NCBI GenBank assembly: GCA_965235115.1
Contig: OZ249436.1
Span: 4,404,001-4,468,000 of the forward strand
From: Laetmonice hystrix
Taxonomy: Eukaryota
Direction of reading: 5' to 3'
Length of the DNA stretch: 64,000 nt
Part shown: positions 1-13,199 of the stretch, piece after piece
Position numbering within the stretch: position 1 is the stretch's first letter
Layout: every line of letters begins with the position of its first letter
Position numbers and translations under genes: made by a program
The notes under the pieces: model-generated
What the model saw: the letters and a program-made list of their open reading frames with translations, nothing else
Database searches by the model: none
What the model was told of the DNA's origin: nothing

Positions 1-1472
1 CCTAATTGTGGTGCATACGCAGCGAAAACACGTCGGAGGACAAAATGCTGTGGTAGGATTATTTATTGGATCCCTAGTACACGGTCATGTTGGATAATTG
101 CCGGAAATCCTCAAAAACGTGTTTCATAGCATGCCCCTTTAAAGTGATCCCACACTTTCAGTCTGGTTATGTGAGAGTCACTAACATTGTTTAAGTGGTG
201 AGAGACATGGGGACAAATTCCAAAATTCAAAATTTGCTAAAATGGTATACTGCTGTTTCCCAATGTGCCTAAAATAATCCTCGTATGCGTAGCAAGGAAA
301 GGTTAGGTCGTTCCATTGTCTTCACTGGCCCTGCCCCGTGCTCGGCTAGCACGCTATCAAAGGCTCAACCTGCTCTCATGGGGGCGCCACTGTCTGTGGT
401 GAGAGGTAGCCCCATGCAGACAGAAAACAGGAAGTGCCTTATCTCGGACAGAAATTGAGGAATGACTACGCGGACTATTTTGTCTTAGAAATGTTAACAA
501 TATGTTGTGATTTTACCATATTCTGGTGTAGTGTATGCTGCATTATTGTTTAAATAATGTTTGCATGACATAATGAGTTCTCAAATTCTGCATTTTTTCA
601 CCATTCTAATTAAAGACATTGGCATAAATATGTGAAAATGAGTGGGCATATGGAAAAACTCCTGCCGGCTTTTCGAAAAGCGTATGGGAATGCCTCCCGG
701 TAACAGGTTTCTTTATCACGTCATCCTCAACATCCTGGTACTTGGGGATCATTGGTTCCTGCCATACCGAGTATCTTATAAACGCTGTATTCTCGCCTAG
801 AATATGGCATGTCGGCATACTGGCACCAGAACGTTAAACCAATAATTCTCTTACTTTTTCTTCCAAGGTCGCCAGGTCAATATGCTCTGAGTGTCAGCCA
901 TTAAACCCCCACCGTTTTTATTTATACCCTTCCATGTGGTCGGAGAAAATTATACGCTTCCATGTGGTCGGAGAGAATACCTAGGTGAGGAATGACAGTC
1001 AAGCTGTTATCCGAAGGTAGCCCCGTACACTTTGTTCTGTTAGTACCAGCCGAGACAGCCACATGACAATGTCTGTGAGAGAACATACAAAAAGACCGTG
1101 TCGACAGGTTCAGACAGACTTGGGAGGCGAGACACAATAGGAAAAAAACCTGAAAGGAGCATCTGCCGACAATTCTTCCTGTACCACAGAGGTATGAAAG
1201 CATCTCCGAGTCAGAAGGCAACTCCTTCATGTGTCGATAGTGCACGCCGCCTGAAGGAATCTGTAGTATTAAGATAAGGTTTAGAATGGGCGCGATACGC
1301 GCAACATGGAATTCTGATCTTTTAATGGCAGTGCAATATTTCAAAAACAACATTAGCTTATAGCTGTGGGAATATTACCAAAATTAGAGAAACAAACGGA
1401 TAGTTATTTTTTTTTATGAAAGAGCTAAAAGAAGCAAATATCCGCTTAGGGGCAGACAACATATAGACAGGT

Positions 1473-2267
1473 CCCAGCCCGGGGATGGCCCAGCCCGGGC
1501 ATGCATGGCCCAGCCTGGGGATGGCCCAGCCCAGGCATGCATGGCTCAGCCTGGGGATGGCCCAGCCCAGGGATGGCCCAGTCCGGGCATGCATGGCCCA
1601 GCCTGGGGATGGCCCAGCCCAGGCATTGCCCAGCCCGGGCATGCATGGCCCAGCCTGGGGATGGCCCAGCCCGGGCATGGCCCAGCCCCGGCATGGCCCA
1701 GCCCAGGCATTGCCCAGCCCAGGCATGCATGGCCCAGCCCAGGCATGGCCCAGCCCGGGGATGGCCCTGCCCAGGCATAACCCAGCCCGGGGATGGCCCA
1801 GCCCGGGGATGGCCCTGCCCAGGCATGGCCCAGCCTGGGGATGGCCCTGCCCAGGCATGGCCCAGCCTGGGGATGGCCCTGCCCAGGCATGACCCAGCCC
1901 GGGGATGGCCCTGCCCAGGCATGGCCCAGCCCGGGGATGGCCCTGCCCAGGCATGGCCCAGCCCGGGGATGGCCCAGCCCAGGCATAACCCAGCCCGGGG
2001 ATGGCCCTGCCTAGGCATGGCCCAGCCCGGGGATGGCCCTGCCCAGGCATGGCCCAGCCCGGGGATGGCCCTGCCCAGGCATACCCAGCCCGGGGATGGC
2101 CCTGCCCAGGCATGGCCCAGCCCGGGGATGGCCCTGCCCAGGCATGGCCCAGCCCGGGGATGGCCCTGCCCAGGCATGGCCCAGCCCGGGGATGGCCCTA
2201 CCCAGGCATGGCCCAGCCCGGGGATGGCCCTGCCCAGGCATGGCCCTGCCCAGGCATGACCCAGCCT
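1473..2267. repeat. GC-rich minisatellite built from ~15-bp modules (GGCATGGCCCAGCCC / GGGGATGGCCCTGCCC)
   Basis: Directly visible tandem array. The overlapping ORFs in all frames (GPSPGWAMPG...) are repeat translations. Confidence 0.95.
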
Positions 2268-3690
2268 GTTCATGGCCAGACACCACAGTTATCTGCACAC
2301 TAATATAGCAACCCCAGTATCCGTACACCAAACTAATCAATAGCCAGTTTACAAAACGTGTCCTTTGACTTAGACTCTACTGCCGTTGATGAGGACTAGC
2401 TAGTGACCCTCGCAGTCTGTCGAGCGGCGGAGACCGGCGGAGACCGGCAGAGACCGGCCATGGCCACTTTCTCCTCGGTCCTAATGTATCACCCAGTCAG
2501 CTCACCGTTTCAAAAGTAAACTCTTGACCTTGTAGAGTACACCATTTTCTCAGCCACGCTGACGGAATAATACCCCCACTCCCAACCCGCCGCCAATAGG
2601 GAGTTGCTCCCTGTTGTAGCCTTACTTAAAGAAAACCTTCACTTGGCTCCTTGCAGGTAATATGACAGTTCGCAGAAACACTCGCGTTTGTCAACTGCTG
2701 CACTTACATTTACCAAACAAAATGAAATATTGGAGCTGGGCATGTATGACGTCTGTTTCCTGCCCACACAGTCCGTCACCGGTCATGACAACCAATGGTA
2801 CCATGATGGCAGAGTTACTCTTAGCTAAAGGTTACACCATAAACAAGGTCTCCAAATACTTGTCAGAATTTGTTAGAGTTTGTTTTTCTTGATAAATCCT
2901 TCAAAAAATATTAAGGTTGGAAAGATAACCGGGCGCAAGGCCGCGTTTTCGTAATTTTTAATTTTTATTTGATAAATTCCAGAAAAATTGCTCCTTTAGG
3001 ATCGAAGCCGTTCCAATAGGCCTACCCTTGTCTTTTATAATAGAATATAACTGATTTATATTCTATATGAATATATTTCAGCCTCACACCCGACAACAAA
3101 TGTACACGTCGCTGTGAATGTATCATGAATATAGCTTTACACAAAAATCCAAGTTACGCTGTGTTCACCTGGCAGTCGTACCTGTAGAGTATGTAGCTGG
3201 CAGGGAGGGTATACGCGTGTACGTATATGTGCCCTTTGTACCCCGTTAGTGACGCAGTCGGACACACACAACCTGACCCGACCACGTCACAGATCACCCC
3301 CTACCGGCCGTGCGTGTCACTACGACCGTACAATCAGTCGGCCAATCATTGCGCCAGGCCAGGAATAAAGGCACCAACCGAAACGGATCCTCTCTCTTCC
3401 AAACGGCGCATGTTTTATTCATAGAGCGACTGGGATCAGTGGCAGGATTCAGATTTATTCACGGACAATACCAGTTACCTGACGGTCTGTGTCATTGATT
3501 GGTTGATCGATGACTTGGTTCAATGTCCTACACTGTCCAGTTGACCATTGTGTGGCCAGGTATTTTTTGGTTCTCCGTTTACCTTTTTACTGGTCATGGC
3601 CTCTGAAATTTATATAATAACAACTGACCAGTAAAATTGCGGTATCATATATTAAATATAATAGAATCAAACAATTAAAGTGATTATTTT

Positions 3691-4524
3691 AATGTATCTG
3701 GGCATAGACTTCAGGAGACAGGGGAGGGGAGACTAGTCCTGGAGCAAACAGAGCCACTTTGAGCTGACCTTCTCCGGGGACAAATGTTTGGTACAAATGT
3801 ATCTGGGCATAGACTTCAGGAGACAGGGGAGGGGAGACTAGTCCTGGAGCAAACAGAGCCACTTTGAGCTGACCTTCTCCGGGACAAATGTTTGGTATAC
3901 AAATGTATCTGGGCATAGACTTCAGGAGACAGGGGAGGGGAGACTAGTCCTGGAGCAAACAGAGCCACTTTGAGCTGACCTTCTCCGGGGACAAATGTTT
4001 GGTACAAATGTATCTGGGCATAGACTTCAGGAGACAGGGGAGGGGAGACTAGTCCTGGAGCAAACAGAGCCACTTTGAGCTGACCTTCTCCGGGGACAAA
4101 TGTTTGGTACAAATGTATCTGGGCATAGACTTCAGGAGACAGGGGAGGGGAGACTAGTCCTGGAGCAAACAGAGCCACTTTGAGCTGACCTTCTCCGGGG
4201 ACAAATGTTTGGTACAAATGTATCTGGGCATAGACTTCAGGAGACAGGGGAGGGGAGACTAGTCCTGGAGCAAACAGAGCCACTTTGAGCTGACCTTCTC
4301 CGGGGACAAATGTTTGGTACAAATGTATCTGGGCATAGACTTCAGGAGACAGGGGAGGGGAGACTAGTCCTGGAGCAAACAGAGTCACTTTGAGCTGACC
4401 TTCTCCGGGGACAAATGTTCGGTACAAATGTATCTGGGCATAGACTTCAGGAGACAGGGGAGGGGAGACTAGTCCTGGAGCAAACAGAGTCACTTTGAGC
4501 TGACCTTCTCCGGGGACAAATGTT
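3691..4524. repeat. 105-bp tandem repeat, ~8 near-identical copies
   Basis: Unit AATGTATCTGGGCATAGACTTCAGGAGACAGGGG...GGACAAATGTTTGGTAC; 35-aa periodicity in the ORF track. Confidence 0.95.
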
Positions 4525-4647
4525 TCTTACAGGTGTTTCTACATTGCTGTTTTAAAAAATCTAGTTTGGACCCACAATAATTTGTGGAACGACAATGGCT
4601 TGTAACAACCATCTGTTTCCTGAGAATGGAATATTGACAACTTCATG

Positions 4648-4761
4648 AAGTTACTGTGTGGACTAGAACTCCTTGGTAACCTCGAGTTACTGTGTGGACC
4701 AGAACTCCTTGGTAACCTCGAGTTACTGTGCGGACCAGAACTCCTTGGTAACCTCGAGTTA
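4648..4761. repeat. 36-bp tandem repeat x3
   Basis: GAGTTACTGTGTGGACCAGAACTCCTTGGTAACCTC repeated. Confidence 0.9.
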
Positions 4762-5942
4762 ACCGCCGAAGAAGGCAACCACGATCTACCATCCATGAAT
4801 GAGATGTACACGCCCCGAGGTGTATGATACCTTAGAGAGTTTTAATAAGATAGACCACATTTTTTATCTTGTTTCCATGCCAACCGTATAGAGGGGGTGA
4901 TCCTTTAGATACACGCGGATTTCACCATAAAAGATTCCATCAAGAATGAAACAAGGTATAGACAACCAGCTGAACCCCTCGGCGTATAATCCATACGATA
5001 ATGGCGTGTTGAATGGGGTTGGAAGGGGTGTTACCCTATTGAGGGGTGAAAGTCAACCGTAGACTAAACGTGTTCTGTTTGACGCTCACCGACATAAAGA
5101 CCTCACAGGGTCAGCGTGTGCCACGTCGTGCCATATGTTATTTATGGAAAATTTAATGAGCCAAATAGGGTTCAAACATCATGTTTAGCTTTAGATCTTG
5201 AGATTTGTGATGGAGAAAGCCTTGGGGGATTCTGTGTGTCAAGGCTTTGAGAACAACTGAGAACGTATATGTGGTGATTCATGCTACTATCTAAACATGA
5301 CTAACAACATTACCCTGTTAAATTAATCAGATAAATCTTATATCATTCATACCGTAAACAGGACACCTATGGCTGCAGTCAAACGATGGTCTTTGTGGTT
5401 GCGTCGGTAATTCAGGTAGAATGACCCTAAACCCATTTAGAGCTGATCTGCCTACATGCATGACAAAAAGTCAAGGGCGTTGTCAACTAAAACAGAACAA
5501 CGGCCACTTATAGTTGGGTCACCAGGGGGCGTAACGGTCGCACCAAGGAGTACATCCGGGGTCAAGTCCTTTGGTACTTTACCGGGAAGTCAATAACAAA
5601 ATGTCATATTAAAAGACTGGCACGAAAATGTAGTGCTATACACAGCACAGCGTGAAGGGCCCTGAAAGGAAAATTGCATTGCGCACTAGAATACAGTATG
5701 TGGGATTCTTCTGCAGTGAATCTTAAATATTCACCTCAATGGTTTGTTTTTTAAAGCTTAAAGCAATCGGCGAGTATCTCTCATTTCAATGGCTCCAAAA
5801 TGGATTGTTAGGTTAGACAATGCCTTAGACTACATAAATCAATGAATGTTACCCTCAGAAATGGAGAAATCTAATGAAATTCAACATTCCAGTTGCCTGT
5901 TGTCGCCATTAAACGAACGTCTCATGGCTGGTTGTTGACATG

Positions 5943-6016
5943 GCATTGACTTGAGCAGCCAATGAAATTCATCGGGCAATGAAACGATGAATCTCATTGG
6001 CTGCTCAAGTCAATGC
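5943..6016. repeat. Inverted repeat/hairpin, 32-bp arms (1 mismatch), 10-nt loop
   Basis: GCATTGACTTGAGCAGCCAATGAAATTCATCG - GGCAATGAAA - CGATGAATCTCATTGGCTGCTCAAGTCAATGC. Confidence 0.85.
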
Positions 6017-6180
6017 TCTACGGAGGCTTTCTAGTTCTGATCGGGCGTGATAGAAGAAGCAATCAGATTTAAACATTTGGAAATCTAATAAAATTCAACA
6101 TTCCAGGGTCCCGTGGTCGCTATGAAGCGATCGTCTCATGGTTGGTTGTTTGCAAAATCCTTGACCTGGCATTGATTGCT

Positions 6181-6645
6181 TTAAAGATAAACCGGCGTCA
6201 TAGGCCAAAAATTAAAAACAATACCAAAGTTCTAATTTTTTGTGTATAGCCTAGTCATAATATAAGCTTCAAAATAAATCATTAAAAATGATAGGTCACC
6301 ATGCTAATTTTCGGGAAAACGACGGGTAAAGATTGATCTATTTAACCTAGGATTCAATAGGGACATAGACCTTCTGGGAAGATTTCACTTCCGTTGACCT
6401 ACTCGTTGCAATAACATCTTTCCAAATTTTACATATATTCATCTGAGGACAATATTGATCATTTTAAACGAGAGAAAGAGGTACATCACCGTTCTAATTA
6501 GTGGAAAAGCTTTAATGCAAAAAACGGCTTTCTTTGAGTTCAATGTTAAATTGATCAATCTTTACCCATCCTTTTCTCGAAAATAAGAAAAAAAAAACCT
6601 ATAATTTTTTTTTGTTTTATTTGAAAGCTTATACTATGGAAAGCT
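6181..6645. mobile_element. Degenerate MITE-like element with long imperfect inverted repeats (starts TTAAAG, possibly Kolobok-type); right end runs into the 29-bp array
   Basis: CATAATATAAGCTTCAAAATAAA...GGGTAAAGATTGATCTATTTAAC (6257-6346) is inverted relative to GTTAAATTGATCAATCTTTACCC...TTTATTTGAAAGCTTATACTATG (6546-6638). The outer right terminus was not found. Confidence 0.5.
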
Positions 6646-7985
6646 GGATCCAGTGTTATGGGTTTAAGAAAGCTGGGTTCAGTGTTCTAGGTTTAGGAAA
6701 GCTGGGTTCAGTGTTATAGGTTTAGGAAAGCTGGGTTCAGTGTTATAGGTTTAGGAAAGCTGGGTTCAGTGTTATAGGTTTAGGAAAGCTGGGTTCAGTG
6801 TTATGGGTTTAGGAAAGCTGGGTTCAGTGTTATAGGTTTAGGAAAGCTGGGTTCAGTGTTATAGGTTTAGGAAAGCTGGGTTCAGTGTTATGGGTTTAGG
6901 AAAGCTGGGTTCAGTGTTATGGGTTAGGAAAGCTGGGTTCAGTGTTATGGGTTAGGAAAGCTGGGTTCAGTGTTATAGGTTTAGGAAAGCTGGGTTCAGT
7001 GTTATGGGTTTAGGAAAGCTGGGTTCAGTGTTATAGGTTTAGGAAAGCTGGGTTCAGTGTTATAGGTTTAGGAAAGCTGGGTTCAGTGTTATGGGTTTAG
7101 GAAAGCTGGGTTCAGTGTTATGGGTTAGGAAAGCTGGGTTCAGTGTTATGGGTTAGGAAAGCTGGGTTCAGTGTTATAGGTTTAGGAAAGCTGGGTTCAG
7201 TGTTATAGGTTTAGGAAAGCTGGGTTCAGTGTTATAGGTTTAGGAAAGCTGGGTTCAGTGTTATCGGTTTAGGAAAGCTGGGTTCAGTGTTATAGGTTTA
7301 GGAAAGCTGGGTTCAGTGTTATGGGTTTAGGAAAGCTGGGTTCAGTGTTATGGGTTTAGGAAAGCTGGGTTCAGTGTTATGGGTTTAGGAAAGCTGGGTT
7401 CAGTGTTATGGGTTTAGGAAAGCTGGGTTCAGTGTTATGGGTTTAGGAAAGCTGGGTTCAGTGTTATGGGTTTAGGAAAGCTGGGTTCAGTGTTATAGGT
7501 TTAGGAAAGCTGGGTTCAGTGTTACCGGTTTAGGAAAGCTGGGTTCAGTGTTATGGGTTTAGGAAAGCTGGGTCCAGTGTTACCGGTTCAGGAAAGCTGG
7601 GTCCAGTGTTATTGGTTTAGGAAAGCTGGATCCAGTGTTATGGGTTTAGGAAAGCTGGGTTCAGTGTTATTGGTTTAGGAAAGCTGGGTCCAGTGTTATG
7701 GGTTTAGGAAAGCTGGGTTCAGTGTTATGGGTTTAGGAAAGCTGGGTTCCCGTTTATGGGTTTAGGAAAGCTGGGTTCAGTGTTATGGGTTTAGGAAAGC
7801 TGGGTTCCCGTTTATGGGTTTAGGAAAGCTGGGTTCAGTGTTATGGGTTTAGGAAAGCTGGGTTCAGAGTTATGGGTTTAGGAAAGCTGGGTTCAGAGTT
7901 ATGGGTTTAGGAAAGCTGGGTTCAGTGTTATGGGTTTAGGAAAGCTGGGTTCAGCGTTATGGGTTTAGGAAAGCTGGATCTAGTG
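6638..7985. repeat. 29-bp minisatellite, ~46 copies
   Basis: Unit GGAAAGCTGGGTTCAGTGTTAT(A/G)GGTTTA. Confidence 0.97.
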
Positions 7986-8455
7986 CCTGTGCACGTATTG
8001 TGAATGTTTACAGGCTGAATTCTGTCTACATTTACTCTGCCTGTCGAACTGCTCGATTCCGCCAAACGTTAAGTGCACTTCAACACCAGTTACATGACCG
8101 ATCATGTTTTTTGTTTTGATCACATGGCCGATCATATACTCGAGGAGCGTGATGACATGGACATCTGGGGGTCGCTGGGCCGATGGTTAACGGCAAGCAT
8201 GTGTTTCAATGTAATCAGCCTCAAACAGCAGTAAGTAAATGGATGGTTTGATGTCATATCGGCAGGAGTCCGTGGATGGCAAGAGTGTAATATCTAAGAT
8301 CTTCAGGGTTGGTGGTAAAGATGAACTGGGAAAGAAACGTGCCACTTCCGGGAGAGGGGTGGAGGGGGTATGACCTCGGTATGACCTAGGGCGACTTATA
8401 ACTAACACCATTCTGCTTGGTCCTGAAGGTATGTAAGTTTTCAACCTCCCCCCTG

Positions 8456-8838
8456 TAGGGGCGTAGGAAAACTTGAGGGGGGGCCAGGGGGGCCATGGCC
8501 CCCCACTTTGAAATGAGGGGGGCCAGAGTATCTTTTGGCCCCCCCCCCCACTTTTTCCCTCCCCTTGACTTTTGCCATTGGAAGTGTATGGAAGTCTATG
8601 GGGAGGAGGGTATTTTCTCATATTTCAGACCTTATTTTGTGCTCTAAGATGCACCAAATGTCACCAAATTACACTATAAATTTCAAATTTTTTCGGGGGG
8701 GCATGCCCCGGACCCCCTAGCATGGCTTCGCGGCTTTGGCGCTCGCCCAGTCCCCCCGCCAAACTGTAATCCCCCTCGAAAAGTCCTGCGCATGGCCCTG
8801 TTGGCCCCCCCACTTTTAAAGTGCTTCCTACGCCCCTG
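8456..8838. mobile_element. MITE (non-autonomous DNA transposon) with AGGGGCGTAGGAA terminal inverted repeats
   Basis: Left end TAGGGGCGTAGGAA, right end TTCCTACGCCCCTG; CCCTG(T) is duplicated on both flanks (5-6 bp TSD); G/C-tract-rich interior. Confidence 0.75.
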
Positions 8839-9652
8839 CCCTGTGCTCCATGGATGGGTTACATGGTTCTGGTCGGCCAGTGACCGTGACGTCACGCGCA
8901 ATAATAATCTCTCGATTCACCCGTGAGGATCGATCTGTATTCAGATGGAGGCTAATGGTTGAAATAGTTCACGCGGAGGTACTTTATTCAAACCTCACAT
9001 GCCTCCAACGTGAGTACAGCAACTAATTGGATATATTGGAATGGATATATTCTCACGCGCGTGACGTCACGTCCACGTCTTGAGCCGAACAACATTTCGG
9101 AAGTAACTCCGCGCTGACTGACCGAGCCCTTGCCCACCTTGTGCTGTGTATCGGTGGTTTCAGGTTGAACCGGGGTAAACCGTATAAGGTACGCTGAATC
9201 AGGTCCATGGCGTATCAAAGTATTCCTTAAAGGATAAGTCCATCATCGGCCTCGCTTACCTGTCTTTGGGGTTATTTATTAGGCTTGTTAACATGGCGTA
9301 GTTTTGAAAGCTCCCGGACAGCGTGTGTTGAACCCAGAGAAGTAAACATTAATTTGTGAAGGCAAATGATGAAAAGGTTTAGTGGGAATACATGCAATCC
9401 ACCATCCTGACAACAAACTCGTTCACAAGGAGATCGTACCTATGAGACACTTCAGAGGTGTACCTAGACCTTGATTTTTATGTGAGTACTCAGGTAGAAA
9501 GGGTAAAGGAGTAAAGTTGGCATGACAAAAAGACCCCCAGATGCTTGGTGTAAGGCACAAGGTCGTAACCGCGCCGTTGCTTGACTCTGGCAAGCCTAGA
9601 CACGACCAGTCATATAGCACAGTCTGTCTATTCTCAATCTCCTTCTGATTGG

Positions 9653-9991
9653 TTCTTCTTCTTCTTCTTCTTCTTCTTCTTCTTCTTCTTCTTCTTCTTC
9701 TTCTTCTTCTTCTTCTCCTTCTCCTCCTCCTTCTTCTTCTCCTTCTTCTTCTTCTCCTTCTTCTTCTTCGTCTTCTTCTTCTCCTTCTCCTCCTCCTCCT
9801 TCTTCTTCTTCTTCTTCTTCTTCTTCTTCTTCTTCTTCTTCTTCTTCTTCTTCTTCTTCTTCTTCTTCTTCTTCTCCTTCTTCTTCTTCTTCTTCTTCTT
9901 CTTCTTCTTCTTCTTCTTCTTCTCCTTCTCCTTCTTCTTCTTCTTCTTCTTCTTCTTCTTCTTCTTCTTCTTCTTCTTCTTCTTCTTCTTC
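9653..9991. repeat. (TTC)n microsatellite, ~110 triplets with TCC variants
   Basis: Direct; it is the source of the poly-F/K/L ORFs. Confidence 0.98.
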
Positions 9992-11082
9992 ACTAACTTT
10001 CTGTCTGTCTGTCTGTCTCTTTCTGTCTGTCTGTGTCTTTCTCTTATCACACTTGGTATTTGATCCCTGGAGGCCCCTACCCTGTTGTTACGAATGGCCA
10101 GGTAAATATTGCAGATTCTATAGCAGTCCACTGACAAGCGGTGAAATCGAACTCAAGAAACGGTTAATTTAACAGCCCTGCGGTGTTCGACTGGAGTGCA
10201 TTATACTATTAATATATTTCGGAAGGCAGGGCTTCAGTTAACTGATGTGCACAGATTGTATTAGGCACGGGTTCAGTGTGAGATTCCCTCAGGAAGCAGT
10301 GTATGGATTCAAAATGAGGTTTCGTTTACAGGTGAAACAAGAAGTAAATGAATCAATATATGCGCCTATGTTTCAGCAAGTGGTTGGTAAACAAAACGTA
10401 AACGGGCAGCTATTGATAAAGTTGATCCACGTAATCAGGAGCTGTGTCTCACATGAAACCTATCCCAACCCCAGCTGTCCTATATCACAACTTTATACCG
10501 CTATTAATTTATTAATTTATTAATTTATTAATTAATTTATTTATTTATTTATTTACTCATTCTCTATTTGATATTTTTTTGTTTGGGGGACTTGGACCTA
10601 ACCCCACAAAGGCCAGTGTACATTTAACACCCCCCCCCCCAGATAATTTATCGGGTGATACCATGATATAGAGACCGCAGCCGTTGTGAAAAGGTCACGC
10701 TGGAGAAGGCGCAGACCTTGTATCTCTGTCCTCCGACAGACGGCGCGGCAGTCGGTGGGGGGGCGGTTTTTTTTATAAGTGCTGACGATGCGGACCTCGC
10801 CAGATCAGACATAGACCGAGTGGCCTTGATGTGTGTGTGTGGGGGGGGGGGGGACGAGCCGGTCCATATCGAATGGCGTCTGTTAGTGTAATAGTATCGA
10901 TGAAACAAACGTCAATGAAATTAACGAATACTGTTACATATTACCTGACTATTGAGGGAGCCAGTTTTACCCGACACATTAAAAGTGGTGATCTGACTTA
11001 ACTTCATTGTTTAGTAGCCATGACCCACAGCTCATACTAAGTGGGCTCATAGCCAAAACCTTGAGGTCCAAAAGTCGGGCCC

Positions 11083-12060
11083 GGCCGTGACGACTATGAC
11101 GACACAATACTGTAAGTAGTATACGGCTGGTCCGGCCGTGACGACTATGACGACACAATACTGTAAGTAGTATACGGTGGGTGCGGCCGTGACGACTCTG
11201 ACGACACAATACTGTAAGTAGTATACGGCTGGTCCGGCCGTGACGACTCTGACGACACAATACTGTAAGTAGTATACGGTGGGTGCGGCCAGGAGGACTC
11301 TGACGTCACAATACTGTAAGTAGTATACGGCGGGTGCGGCCAGGAGGACTCTGACGACACAATACTGTAAGTAGTATACGGCGGGTGCGGCCAGGAGGAC
11401 TCTGACGTCACAATACTGTAAGTAGTATACGGCGGGTGCGGCCGTGACGACTCTGACGTCACAATACTGTAAGTAGTATACGGCGGGTGCGGCCGTGACG
11501 ACTCTGACGTCACAATACTGTTAGTAGTATACGGTGGGTGCGGCCGTGACGACTCTGACGACACAATACTGTAAGTAGTATACGGTGGGTGCGGCCGTGA
11601 CGACTCTGACGTCACAATACTGTAAGTAGTATACGGTGGGTGCGGCCGTGACGACTCTGACGACACAATACTGTAAGTAGTATACGGCGGGTGCGGCCAG
11701 GAGGACTCTGACGTCACAATACTGTAAGTAGTATACGGCGGGTGCGGCCGTGACGACTCTGACGTCACAATACTGTAAGTAGTATACGGCGGGTGCGGCC
11801 GTGACGACTCTGACGTCACAATACTGTAAGTAGTATACGGCGGGTGCGGCCAGGAGGACTCTGACGTCACAATACTGTAAGTAGTATACGGTGGGTGCGG
11901 CCGTGACGATGACGACACAATACTGTAAGTAGTATACGGCGGGTGCGGCCAGGAGGACTCTGACGACACAATACTGTAAGTAGTATACGGCGGGTGCGGC
12001 CGTGACGACTCTGACGACACAATACTGTAAGTAGTATACGGTGGGTGCGGCCATGACGAC
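11083..12060. repeat. 51-bp minisatellite, ~19 copies
   Basis: Unit CGGCCGTGACGACTCTGACG(A/T)CACAATACTGTAAGTAGTATACGG(C/T)GGGTG; 17-aa periodicity in the ORF track. Confidence 0.96.
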
Positions 12061-13057
12061 AGGAGGCTATGACACTGATAGCCGCCGTAGTTCTGACGTG
12101 GGGGCCACTATTGTGTAGCGAGTTAGGTACGGTAGGGTAGTTTGTAGAGTCCCCACAAAACTACAAACTGCTGAGGTAGAAGCCACCACTGTTTTGTTTA
12201 GCAGCAATATGTACACAATAGACATTATTATGACGTCACTCGCATAGGCCGATTGGAGGTGTCTGTGGTGCCACCTGGCGTAATGGTTTACACCTGGCGA
12301 TTGACGTGAGAACCCCCCCCCCCTTGTTGGCGGAAACCTGGATCCGCCCATGGAAGGAGAGTACAAAAAATCCTATCTTTTAGTAACAAAACAATGTTTG
12401 ACACACCCTACCCTCAACACACACACACCCTTTACCCCTTTACCCCTGGCCTCGATTCGTGGCTGCAGCTGCGACCATTCTCGTGCCAACATGTGATCCA
12501 TTCCCATTGATTGGTCCCCTTCATCAACCCTAATTATTCAATGGATGCCTGCAGATGGAAATATCTGAAACAGTCTTGGACTAGGCGTTGTTTTAATAGC
12601 TACATTATTGGCTTATTTCATCATTTCATGGTTATAAAAAATAATAGTTTCAGAATACGAAATGTTCATGTGACCTGAAGGTTGGGAATACCAGACGGAT
12701 ATATATACGGACGTCTTTCTGTTGTCCTGCCCTCATTGTTTGTGACCCGAACTAGTGTCTCCTTTTTGACCTCCAATTATTATTTTTAGAATATTGACGA
12801 AAATACTGAACCGGCTTTTCAGGCGAAATCAAACAGAGAAGAATGTCTTGGCAACACAGCGCACAGCAGTGACAGCGGATATGTTTCCCTGTAGCTTTCG
12901 CTGCCAGCTTAATCCCATTCATACACCAGCTGAGATCGGCAGTTTGAGGTCCATGACACGGCCGCCAAGCTCCACGCTTTGTAAGACTGCCACCAGGTGT
13001 CGCCAGGGTAAACCACATAACTACATGATGCCTGGTATGGCTACGCCGCATATACTT

Positions 13058-13199
13058 GAGAGAGAGACAGAGAGAGAGAGGGGAAGAGAGACAGAGAGAT
13101 TGAGAGAGATAGAGAGAGAGAAGAGAGAGAGAGAGATAGAGAGAGAAGAGAGGGAGAGAGAGAGAGAAGAGAGGGAGAGAGAGAGAGAGAGAGAGAGAG
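13058..13199. repeat. (GA)n-rich microsatellite
   Basis: Direct. Similar tracts occur at 18834-18908 and 26785-26973. Confidence 0.9.

Noticed and set aside
1..142. Right end of a Kolobok-type element (...GCATGCCCCT|TTAA)
   Set aside because: The terminus is suggestive, but the partner TIR would lie outside the window.
1358..2340. Long overlapping Pro/Gly/Trp-rich ORFs
   Set aside because: They are open in most frames on both strands because the GC-rich repeat lacks stops; no splice or domain support.
9581..10137. Poly-Phe, poly-Lys and poly-Leu ORFs
   Set aside because: Translations of a (TTC)n microsatellite.
11145..12054. 291-aa Ser/Thr/Pro/Tyr mucin- or adhesive-like ORF
   Set aside because: It coincides with a 51-bp minisatellite; I found no signal peptide, real ATG start or flanking exons. 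RNA-seq would be needed to revive it.
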